Assembly (NCBI GenBank): GCA_043228905.1
Contig: JBHGNT010000006.1
Coordinates: 17,484,001 to 17,548,000 of the forward strand
Reading direction: 5' to 3'
Origin: Azolla caroliniana
Taxonomy: Eukaryota; Plantae; Polypodiophyta
Length of the DNA stretch: 64,000 bases
Shown here: one piece after another, positions 1 through 10,248 of the stretch
Numbering within the stretch: the stretch's first letter is position 1
Layout of the letters: each line of letters starts with the position of its first letter
Translations under genes and position numbers: made by a program
Notes under the pieces: model-generated
The model's input: the letters and a program-made list of their open reading frames with translations, nothing else
Told to the model about the DNA's origin: nothing
The model's database searches: none

Positions 1-79
1 GTATCCGCTCCTTCGGTTCCTTCGCGGGTGTTGTCGGTATCCGCTCCTTCGGTTCCTTCGCGGGTGTTGTCGGTATCCG
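1..79. repeat. 36-bp tandem duplication (2.2 copies) in the leader of a minus-strand LTR element
   Basis: gtatccgctccttcggttccttcgcgggtgttgtcg at 1-36 and 37-72, restarting at 73. Confidence 0.85.
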
Positions 80-354
80 GTCCGCCTCCCTCGGCGATTG
101 CCGGTCACCGAACTCCAAGGTTATTTCTTCCTCTGGCTCCGGTGTTACTGAGTCTTCCGACCCCTCTTCCCCCGGGTCGTTTGGTGTGTCGTGGCTGCTT
201 TTATACTGGGACGCAACGCTTCCGTCGCTTTCCGACTCCGCCTCAAGTGTTGCGAATGCTTCCGAGTCCCCGTCGCCCCCGGCGAGCGTCTGTAGTATCG
301 TTTCCACCTCTTTCAGGCTTGTTATGCTACTGCCTTCGTCGGTCGCCAAAATAG

Positions 355-769
355 TGTTGTCTGCCTGGCCGGACTAGCCTCAACACAGGTGTCTATCCGA
401 CACTTCTCCAAAGGGGTGGTAAGGATTGGATGCTAGGTTACACGCGTAAGATGATTACGATTAAGCACAGACGGTAAACAATACGAAGATACAGATAAAC
501 ACGCAATAATTACTATTGTATTACTTCCCTCAAACCCTTTACAATTCATCGGATCCTTTTATAGGCATCCGGCAAGGTTACAATCGGTGCGCTTAGGCAA
601 CCGACATCCGAATCGGTCCGCATCCGGATCGGTACAACTGTACCGGATCCGGATTGGTACAACTGTACCGGATCCGTCCCTCCGAATAATAATTCTACTA
701 TTATTTACTTCCTATTATCCGATCCGACTCCGCCTTCCCACTTGTCCTTGCTCTTCTGACCGACCAACA
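355..769 (-). mobile_element. Probable 5' LTR of a minus-strand LTR retrotransposon that extends left out of the window
   Basis: TGTTG at 355 and CAACA ending at 769; TATA-like tttata near 558; PBS-like TGGCGACC on minus strand at 341-348; Copia A sequence starts at 770. Confidence 0.5.
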
Positions 770-819
770 ATGATGAGCTGGCAAGTAGTGAAGACACAAT
801 CGTGCTCTCCCCACGTAAG

Positions 820-1514
820 TGTTGGGGAACTTGACGTTTCTTATGTCCGACGCTCGGCCACAACCGAGATTCTTTACATACACAGCAAAACAGGTGATTA
901 AAAACGCGACACAAAAGAGGAGAAATGGTGCACAGGAGGTATACGTGGAAAACCCCAAAAAATTAGGGGGAAAAACCACGGCAACCCACAAGCTGCAAAC
1001 TGTCACTATGCAGAAGTATACAACAGTGAGATCACTGAGGCAACGACCTCGTGCTCTCAGATCTTCGCCACAGGCGGTGGTTACAACAGAGGCAGGCAAC
1101 GACCTCGTCTCTCTCTCTCTCTCTCTCTATACAGTTACGCGCTCTGATTTCTTCTTGCACCAACAACTACAGAGATAACAACTAGAATAACTATATGTAT
1201 AGAACAACAACACACACGTATAACTAAAAGGTTTGCCCTAAGTCATATTTTACTAATATGACTTTTCGGCTATTTACAAATGTAGCCTTGATGGGCTCCA
1301 TCCGGCTCTCCGCAGTCGGGTACTCCTTATCCGGCTTTCCGCAGTCGGGCCTACACCATCCGACTCTCCGCAGTCGGGTACTCCTCATCCGGCTTTCCGC
1401 AGTCGGGCCTACACCATCCGACTCTCCGCAGTCGGGTACTCCTCATCCGGCTTCATACCGTTTCGTCGGCACTGTTCTTCTCCCTTCCCATCCGGAGGGA
1501 CCTGTCTACCAACA
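820..1514 (-). mobile_element. Solo LTR related to Copia C, TSD GTAAG
   Basis: TGTTGG...CCAACA; gtaag at 815-819 and 1515-1519; shares blocks (ctcggccacaaccgag, acgtggaaaaccc, tttgccctaagtcatattt) with the 43580 LTR; host sequence rejoins across it. Confidence 0.93.
1300..1452. repeat. ~28-29 bp tandem array in the U3 of the solo LTR
   Basis: atccg(g/a)ct(c/t)tccgcagtcggg core repeated about 5 times. Confidence 0.85.
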
Positions 1515-4500
1515 GTAAGGAACCGAAGACACGGTTCATGTGCAAAGAGAAGGGGAAGAATAAGATGCCGGAGTACGACATTGGCAGATATGAGTCAGAT
1601 TGGAGCGAATCCGAATCCAAACAAAACAACGACCCGAAGTTCGAGTCAGGCAAGAGAGCCTTGAAATTGGCTAATGAGAAGTTGCGATGATCCACCTACC
1701 AAAAGAACCTTGTGAAGAGGTACGGGTAAAATGAGTATATGGCGCATCATTATGCGTACATGATGAAGGTGGCGGTAGTGCGTGAGCCGGAGAGCTCCGC
1801 AGAAGCGGCGAAGGATGCAAATTGGTGTGCCGCTAGCTATGGAGGAAGAGATGTACACAGTCACAGAAAACGAGGCATGGGATTTAGTTGATGTACCGAA
1901 AGGGGTGAAGGCGATTGGTTGCCGATGGGTATAAAAGATCAAATAAAACACAGATGGCTCCATCAACTGATACAAGACCCGATTAGTGATGAAGGGCTAC
2001 ACGTAGCAGCATGGCATCGACTACGATGAGATGTTCGTGCCGGTCTCAAAGATGTCGACTATCCATGTCTTACTTGCGGTGGTAGCGGTGAAGGGGTGGC
2101 ATCTACATAAAATGAATGTGAAAAATATGTTCCTGCATGGTGATCTTGAGGAACAAGTATACATGGTTCAGCCCCCAGATTTCAGGCCGGAATGAACACG
2201 TCTATTGTTTACTGATTGTTGAGCAGACAAGCTCAACCAAGTCTGAATCGGCTGAGCCAGATCGTTGTGCAGATGGTATCCGGAACTAGGAGCCGGATCA
2301 GATTGTAACCGGTAGGCCGTTAGAGGCCTACAAATATAGCCTACTAAGTAGGCATACTTTCGGGAGTCAGTGTCAGTCTCTCGTATGAGCATTGAAGTAC
2401 ATGTTAGTACTTCTGTGAGTCCATATAAGGACTTGTATAAAAGTGCTCACTAAGCACATTGTATGTACAGATCATTATCTTTTTGAATTGAGTTAGTTGT
2501 TCTGCTCTCTCTAACTCTCCTGCTCTCTGTCTTTGTGATTCAAATTTCCATCAAATCTTGTCTTTGTTTTTCTGTTGCTATCCATATAAACTGGTTTGTC
2601 AAAGCTTCCGCATATTAACTTTGACATAGTATCAGAGCGCGAGGGTTGAGAACCTCTGCAGCTGACAAGCGTTTTCTAAAGACAAACCCTAATACTCGGT
2701 AAAGAACATACAGAAGAGAAGGTATGGAGAGAAGCACGGCGAGCTCGCTCCCAACAGAAAAGTTGGACCGGAGTAACTATGCATCGTAGTCGTATAAAAT
2801 GCACCAGTACATGCTGGGGCACGGATAGCAGAGCTAGGTGGAAGGAGCAAATGTAGGAGCGCCGGTTTCGGCAATCGACTTCCCAGCATGGGAGCAAGGA
2901 GCAAGCAGAGTGTTGTATTGCCTCGTGTCTTGTGTGCACGACCAAATGGTAGGCTACATCAAGGAGGAAAAAACGTTGAAGGAAGCCTAGGAAAATCTCT
3001 AGAAGATTTTCTCGGGAAGTACCACGGCTCGGAAGTTGCAACTCTAGCAAGAGCTCAACAGTATTCGACAACGGGACATGTCGATCACTAACTACACCAC
3101 CAAGATCATGGAGATCTACGACACACTCGGTTCCATCAACGTGACAGTGGACATGAATGGGATCAACCATATCTTCCTTAGTAGTCTAGCACAATGGTAC
3201 GGGCCAATCGCGACAACGATTTGCACCCTGGAAAAGCCACCGTCCTTCTTCGACCTGCAATCGATGCTCTTGGTTGAAGAAAACCACGTGAGTGGCTCGA
3301 GGAATACTCAATCAGACAACCAGATGTTGTACACGAAGGCGGATCGGCTCCATAGGTGTGGAGGACGAGATTGGTCGGCATGCAATAACAGCAACCAACA
3401 AGAGCAGAATTAGAGTCACAATGATGTTGCTGACAACAGTTCCAGACCCTCCACAAGCATGGGAGTCAAAGCGGCGCTGGAAACCGGCAATCGAAGGCTG
3501 ATATAGAACGTTGGTATTGTGGCAAGAAAGGTGACTAGGAAAGCGAAATCTGGAAGAATCGCACCGATTCGGATAAATCCAGATTCGGCAAAGCTAGACA
3601 AGGAAAATGGCAAAACTCGCATTACGCAGAAGGATCGGAAGGATCTGGAACCGGTAAGACCGGAAAAGGGCCAGCCTTTGTGATGAAACACAAGGTGAAC
3701 TCGATGAAGAAGAACACTTCCGGATCAGAGGAAGAGTGGTATGTTAACTCCGGAACATCAAACCACATGATGAGCCACGAAGATGGGTTCTCATACTTGG
3801 AGAAACTAGAGCAACCAGGAGTTGTCGAAACCGGAGAAGACACTCCTCACCCGATTGTGCATATTGGAGAAGTCCCTTTAAGCCATGTTGGACAAAAGGG
3901 AAAGCTGATGAATGTACTACATGTTTTGAAAATCACAAAGAACCTAGTGTTGGTTAGGCAGATCGTCGACTAGGGAATGTAGGTGTGTTTTATGCACCTC
4001 AGGTTGTTCACAGAGGAAGCACGCCAGATCATCGGGACGAGAGGATGTTCATCCACAACACCAATGACATCAGCAACACTAAGTTCACAAAAGGACATAA
4101 GGTTGATTAAGATATCGGTCTATGGCACAAGCGGATCGGCCACGTCAACTATCAACAACTTAAAGACCTGCAAATAGGTAGTTTTCGGATTTTCAAAATT
4201 CAGTGGCCGAAAGGCCCTAATTTATGAAGCTTGCCAGCTCTGGAAGCAACACCGGTTTCCGTTCCCCACCGAAAGAAACCAGATCCGTAACAAGCTCAAT
4301 CTAATACATTCGGATGTATGAGGACCAACACAGAACGTTAGTCTTATGGGAGACAATATTTCTGCTCCTTCATCGACGACTATAGCTGGCACAGATGGAT
4401 CTACCTAATCCAAAGGAAAAGCAAAGTTTTTGACAATTTCCAAAACCAGCATGCAAAGTCTTGTCAAACGGGAAACAGAGAGGAAGATCAAGTGCATGCG

Positions 4501-5582
4501 GTTGGATTGCAGAAAATAATATTTTTTAGACCAATTCAACAGTTATCTGCAGCAGAAAGGAGTTCAGAGGGAATTCAGCTGTCGATACACATTAGAACAA
4601 AACGGTGTCGCCAAAAGGAAGAATTGGTCAATTGTGGAGGTGGCATGGGCAATGCTGGAATAGAAGAGCATCCCAAGTTCTATTGGGACGAAGCGGTTCG
4701 GTCGGTTCTCTACATCCAAAACTAGATCAGGAATAAGGTGTCAGCACACGAGCTATATTTTGGGCGGAAGCCAAATTTAAGACACCTTAAGATATTTGGT
4801 AGGATTGCATATGTGCATGTGCCAGATGAGAAATAGAGAAAGCTGGACCCGAAGTCGAAGAAGTGTTATAACCCCTAAACAAAACAAGTTCAAGTAAACT
4901 AAGATGTCGAATTTGATGAGTCAGCATCATGGTACTCTCTCCCAAGTCCAATGTCTAACTCTGATGTCCGACTCCGACCCGACTCTAGAGGCTGAGGCTA
5001 GTAAGCCCGAAACGATCCAAGCAAAAGATGAAGAAGGATTCGGTACTCTAGATGAGAGTCCGATCTCATTCAGGCTAAGTGGGCCACATGAGCGATTGAG
5101 TCGGAATGACTAGTCAGATGAAGAGCCGGTGAGTAGTGGAGACTTGACCGTGCTCTCCCTGCGTAAGGAACCTAGGAGACGAATCACACGCAAGGAAAAG
5201 GGGAAGAAGAAGATGTTGGAATATGCCACCAGTAGAGACGAGTCGGATCGGAGCAAAACCTACTCCGGGAAGAACAAAGACAGACCTTCGGAAGAGAAGT
5301 CTGCGTTGGCCAAGAGGGTGTCAGGGATAGTACTAGAGGAAAGGAGAATTAGTACTAAAGGTAGAGGAGAAGAATGAGGATTAGTACTAAGAAGGGAAAG
5401 AGTGTGTGAGAACCACGTGAGAGGAGAGAGAGAGAGAGAGAGATAATGATGACCACAAGAAGTATAATATATTATAAGAAGAAAGATACAAGAACAACTA
5501 GGAGACTTAAGACTAACGTTGAACCGAATTGGTTCAGAATAATGCCTTTTGCCTCTATTTATAGTGTTGTTGAGATTACTCT

Positions 5583-5602
5583 TGAAGTTTCTAGAATATT
5601 CC
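5583..5602. promoter_or_regulatory. Perfect 4-unit heat-shock element in chromovirus LTR
   Basis: tGAAgtTTCtaGAAtaTTCc, about 20 bp upstream of minus-strand TATAAATA (5556-5563). Confidence 0.75.
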
Positions 5603-5676
5603 AAAGTAATCTAGAATATACATGAATTTCCTATAGAAATAATAAATGAAACTAATATTTTTCGTATTACAATTCA

Positions 5677-5730
5677 TGGTTTAATGGCAAGGGTTTAGCC
5701 AATGTTAGAGAAGGTCATGGGTTTGAATCC
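5677..5730 (+). promoter_or_regulatory. tRNA-like Pol III A-box/B-box module in LTR U3
   Basis: TGGTTTAATGG 5677-5687 and GGTTTGAATCC 5720-5730, start-to-start offset 43 nt. Confidence 0.65.
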
Positions 5731-5805
5731 CTTTGGAGCCATACCATGCCATATCATGACACTACCGAAATCCCTTTGGAGCCAACTTCGTATTCTGGTC
5801 CTGCT

Positions 5806-8800
5806 TCAAGCTCGATCGGGGGTGTAGTTGTGTAATACGATTCGGAATAGTGTTATCTGGATAGAGGGTTCGTGAAGAGAACTATGAAAAACCGGATGTA
5901 ACCATAGTTGTGGAGGTAGATCAAGGAGACAAGTAACATCATTAATTTTTCCAATAATACGGAAAGGACCTAATAGTTGATAATCCAATTTATCGCATGG
6001 TCGAGTAGTCTTCATGTGTTGTCGTAATAGTCATACTTGATTTCCAATGTCAAAACAGGATGGAAGCCGATCACAATCCCCATAAGCCTTTCGTGTTTGT
6101 TGAGCTTGATGTAAATGGGTAGATAGGTTTGCTTGTATCTTGCGTAGCCACTCCAAATGATCCTTTGCACGAGGATTTGTGGGTAACTCCAGAGCTTCGA
6201 ACACACACCATCGATGATGATAGCTTGTATAAGCATAAAATGTGCAATCTTAGTATATTGATCCACTACTGTTAAGATCGCATCGAATCCCTTTGAAACT
6301 GGAAGATCTGTGATAAAATCTAGAGAAATGGACTGCCACGGCTTGCTTGGAATTGGTAATGGTTCCAATAAATCATACAGATGATATCTTGGCATCTTTG
6401 CTTTGTAACATGTATCACATCTCCAAACATAGTCTTCGACAAATCGTCACATATGAGGCCACCAAAATGATCATTGTACTAAATCCAACGTTTTAGTACT
6501 ACCAAAATGTCCAAATGTATATGTGTCATGACAATTTTGAACTAATCAAAGGCAACAAGAACCATTGGAAACATACAAGAGTTTCTTCAACAATTGTAAT
6601 CTTTCATGACATTCGAATTGTCGATAGTCCGTACCTGGTTGTTGCGACTGTGAACAAGTTGCCCGCGAGGGATCAATTCAAGTCTTCAAGTCTTCACGTA
6701 TGGTCTCAATAATATGGGAATCCAATGGAGTGTTAAAAACCCACGTTGCTTGTAGTCGTGCTACTCCCACGATGACTTGCTTTTGATTATCGAATGCCAG
6801 ATCACTTGGAAGAGGTGTTAGATACGAGCGCCACGATAACGCATCTACCTTCCCTTGGATATGGGCCGACCGAGCTTGTCGTCAATTTAATACACGAGCA
6901 TTCTAGAAATAGGCAAGGTTTTTGTGATCACTGAATACGGTGACTTGATGAGAAGATCCCTCTAAAAAATGCCTCCATTGTGCAAAAGAATCCACTATTG
7001 CTAATAGCTCCTTGTCATGTATCTCGTAGTTGATTTCGGTGGCGTCAAACTTGTGCGAGTGGAAAGCTACAGGATGTAGTTTTTCATCATCACCTTGTTG
7101 TGACAAAATTCTACCAAAGGCGAAATCGGATGCGTCTGCCTCCGTGATGAATGGTTTTTTCAGATCAACATGAACTAGAATAGGAGTTTATGTAAATTCT
7201 TTCTTAAGATTTACAAAAGCCGTGTCCTCTTCCTTAGACCAAAAAAATGATTGCCCCTTCTTGGTAAGTTGTCTGAGAGGCTAAATAATCTTTGAGTAGT
7301 CCTGAATAAACATGTGCTAGAAATTTGCGAAGCCCAAAAAACATTGCACATCTTGCAACAATCAGGGAGGGATTCTACCACTCTACCACATTTTTGACCT
7401 TAGTTGGATCCATAGAGATGCCTTTCGAGGAGATGACATAGCCTAGAAATTCCACCTGGTTGGACTCAAAACTACAATTTTCTAGTTTTGCATAAAGACC
7501 ACGTTCTCAAAGTCGTTTTAGTACTAATAATAGTACATGAGAATCATGATCTTCTTCATTCTTCGAATAAACTAGTAGATCATGCAAATAGATGATCAAA
7601 TAGATCTCCAAAAGATCTCGAAATATATCATGTGCCATGACGCATTGGTGATATCAAATGGCATAACCGTATACTCGAAGTGCCTGTATTGGGTGCAAAA
7701 AGTGGTCTTCCATTCATCTCCCGATCGGATCCGTACGAGGTTATATACGGCTTGTAAGTCAATTTTTTTGAATAACATCGCACCATTAATCCATTCGAAA
7801 AGACTCAAGATAAGGGGAAATGCATACCTATTCCTGATGGTGACCTTATTCAAGCCCCGATAAATCTACAACGAGATGAAGTGATCCATCCTTTTTCTTC
7901 ACAAAGAAAATGGGTGCGCCGGCTAGAGATTTCGAATGTCGAATGAACCCGTTCGCCAAATTCTCCTCTATGTAGGCTCGAAGGACTGCTAGCTCGGTTG
8001 GTGACAAGTTGTAGATCGGTCCGCATGGGACTTAGTCGTTTAACTCATCTTCTAACTGACTAAGGACTTCAAATTTGTTCAATAGACTTGGGCTATTAGT
8101 GCTATTAGGACTATCAGACACTCCTACCGAAATAGAATTGGGTTTAGTACAAGCAACTATTTGATTTACTTGTGGATAGTCTATTGCGATATGCCCTGGT
8201 CCTCCATAGCAAGACATAATCGATTTACTAGGCCCCATTGCTTTTCTTCTTCCGACAATGGTCCACGACGAAGTGTGGTGTCGATTTCCATCCGTGTTGG
8301 AGTATTTGCTGGAGATGCATGATATGACTCCCTTGCAAATGGCTTTGCTATGACCGAGGCATATGTGGGCTCCGACTTGGTCCTTGGCATTTGTAATTGG
8401 TGTTCCGAACATCGTTTGAAAAGCCCATTATCGCATCGTACCGCTCGACTGATTCCCTCTGTGAGTGATTTTGGTTCTTCGGAGAAAGTTAGGAGTAGGC
8501 CGTCTCGAAATTTCTCCATCAATGCTTGGTCATCCCAGGGGATATCGGAAACGAGTAGATGGAAATCTGCAGCGTAAGCGGAGGATGGACAATCATCTTG
8601 ACGTAATTGTTAGATTTTGTTGGTTGCCGTCCTTATGGTATATGTATCTCCAAAACAGGCTTTAAACTCACTTATAAACTCTTCAAAATTATTTAGTAAT
8701 GGAGAAATATTTTCCAACAACGGAGTGAACCATACCAAAGTGGAGCCGCTTAGTAATGTGCCTACTAGACCCACTCGTGATGCATCGGTGGGATATCAGG

Positions 8801-9110
8801 AATGATGCATTTGAATGACTAATCGTACCTGATTAAGGAATCCTCTAAATTGTGATCGTGTTCCATCCAATTTCATAGGAAGGCCAATCTTGGCCTCTTT
8901 ATGAATCCCTTGAGTACTTGATCCTTGTTGTTGCAATGTTACAATGGTTGCTTCAAGTTGTTGCACGCGTACCGCGAACTCCCCATGTTGTTGCTTGCTT
9001 CTTTTCTAAAGAGTTTTGTTGAAGATCCCCCAATAACCGTTGTTTTTCTTGTTCCAATGTGACAAACCTTTCTTTCAAGCACTGCAGCTCCGAGAAAACA
9101 GATTGGTATT
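5806..9110 (-). pseudogene. Chromovirus gag-pol remnants; protease and parts of INT deleted
   Basis: ORF fragments 8181-8522, 8032-8412, 7596-7853, 6903-7106, 6012-6395, 5806-6015; gag stop at ~8032 abuts the RT N-terminal GPIYNLS. Confidence 0.85.
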
Positions 9111-9250
9111 CTTGAGCGCTAATAATTGCCATAATATTAGAGGAAGGAAGGATAAGAAGACTAGTATGAAGGGAAGGCGGGATACGAAGCTAAAGACTCA
9201 AACTGTCAAGGATAGTACTAAGAAGGGAAAGAGTGTGTGAGAACCACGTG

Positions 9251-9287
<37 letters not shown>

Positions 9288-9423
9288 TGATGACAACAAA
9301 AGGTATATTATATTATAAGAAGAAAGATACAAGAACAACTAGGAGGCTTAAGACTGGCGTTGAACCGAATTGGTTTGGAATAATTCCTTTTGCCTCTATT
9401 TATAGTGTTATTAAGATTACTCT

Positions 9424-9443
9424 TGAAGTTTCTAGAATGTTCC
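9424..9443. promoter_or_regulatory. Perfect 4-unit heat-shock element in chromovirus 5' LTR
   Basis: tGAAgtTTCtaGAAtgTTCc. Confidence 0.75.
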
Positions 9444-9517
9444 AGAGTAATCTAGAATATACATGAATTTCCTATAGAAATAATAAATTATAATAATATC
9501 TTTCGTATTACAATTCA

Positions 9518-9571
9518 TGGTTTAATGGGAAGGGTTTAGCCCATGTAACACAAGGTCATGGGTTTGAATCC
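9518..9571 (+). promoter_or_regulatory. tRNA-like Pol III A-box/B-box module in LTR U3
   Basis: TGGTTTAATGG 9518-9528 and GGTTTGAATCC 9561-9571, offset 43. Confidence 0.65.
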
Positions 9572-10248
9572 CTTCGGAGCCATACCATGCCATATCCTGA
9601 GAGAGGGCTGCGAAATCGTCGAATAAGGAATTGTGCCGATCGACCCGCCGAAAAAACCCTGTGAAGAGGTACAAGTACACTTAGTACATGCTGCATCTTT
9701 ATGTGTACATGGTAAAGGTGGCAACCGTGCGTGAGCCGGAGAGCTACGTTGAAGCGGTGAAGGACCCGAACTAGAACAACGCTATGGAGGAAGATATGCA
9801 CGCACTCACGGAGAATGAGATGTGGGATTTAGTGGACATACCGAAATGAGTGAAGCCAATCGGTTTCCGGTGGGGGTACAAGGTTAAATATAACACCGAC
9901 AGCTCCGTCAACTGGTACAAGGCCATGTTAGTGACAAAGGCCTACCCACAACATCACGGCATCGACTACGATGAGACGTTCACGCCAGTCGCAAAGATGA
10001 TGATTGTCCATGTCTTGCTTGCGATGGCAACGACGAAGGGGTGGCTTCTACATAAGATGGATGTTAAAAACGTGTTTCTCCAAGGTGATCTTGATGAACA
10101 GGTGTTTATTATTCAACCCCTGGTTTTCTGTCCGGAATGAATACATCGGTAGTGTGCTGATTGAGGAAGTCCCTATATGAACTTAAGCAAGCCTCGTGTG
10201 CCCGGAACACAAAGACCACGGAGAGACTCCTTCGGATGGGGTTTGCTC

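Larger units (their letters stand above)
5319..9602 (-). mobile_element. Gypsy chromovirus (Tcn1-like), decayed, TSD GAGGG
   Basis: LTRs 5319-5761 and 9204-9602; gaggg at 5314-5318 and 9603-9607; gag, RT ([17 protein letters not shown]), RNaseH (YEIHDKELLAIV), INT (PWQSISLDFITDLP), GPF/HPVFH motif in Gypsy order. Confidence 0.92.

Noticed and set aside
9561-9570. Self-priming pairing of GATTCAAAC with the post-LTR GTTTGAGTC
   Set aside because: The site lies upstream of the inferred TATA box, so it is not at the transcript 5' end; 9-nt match only.
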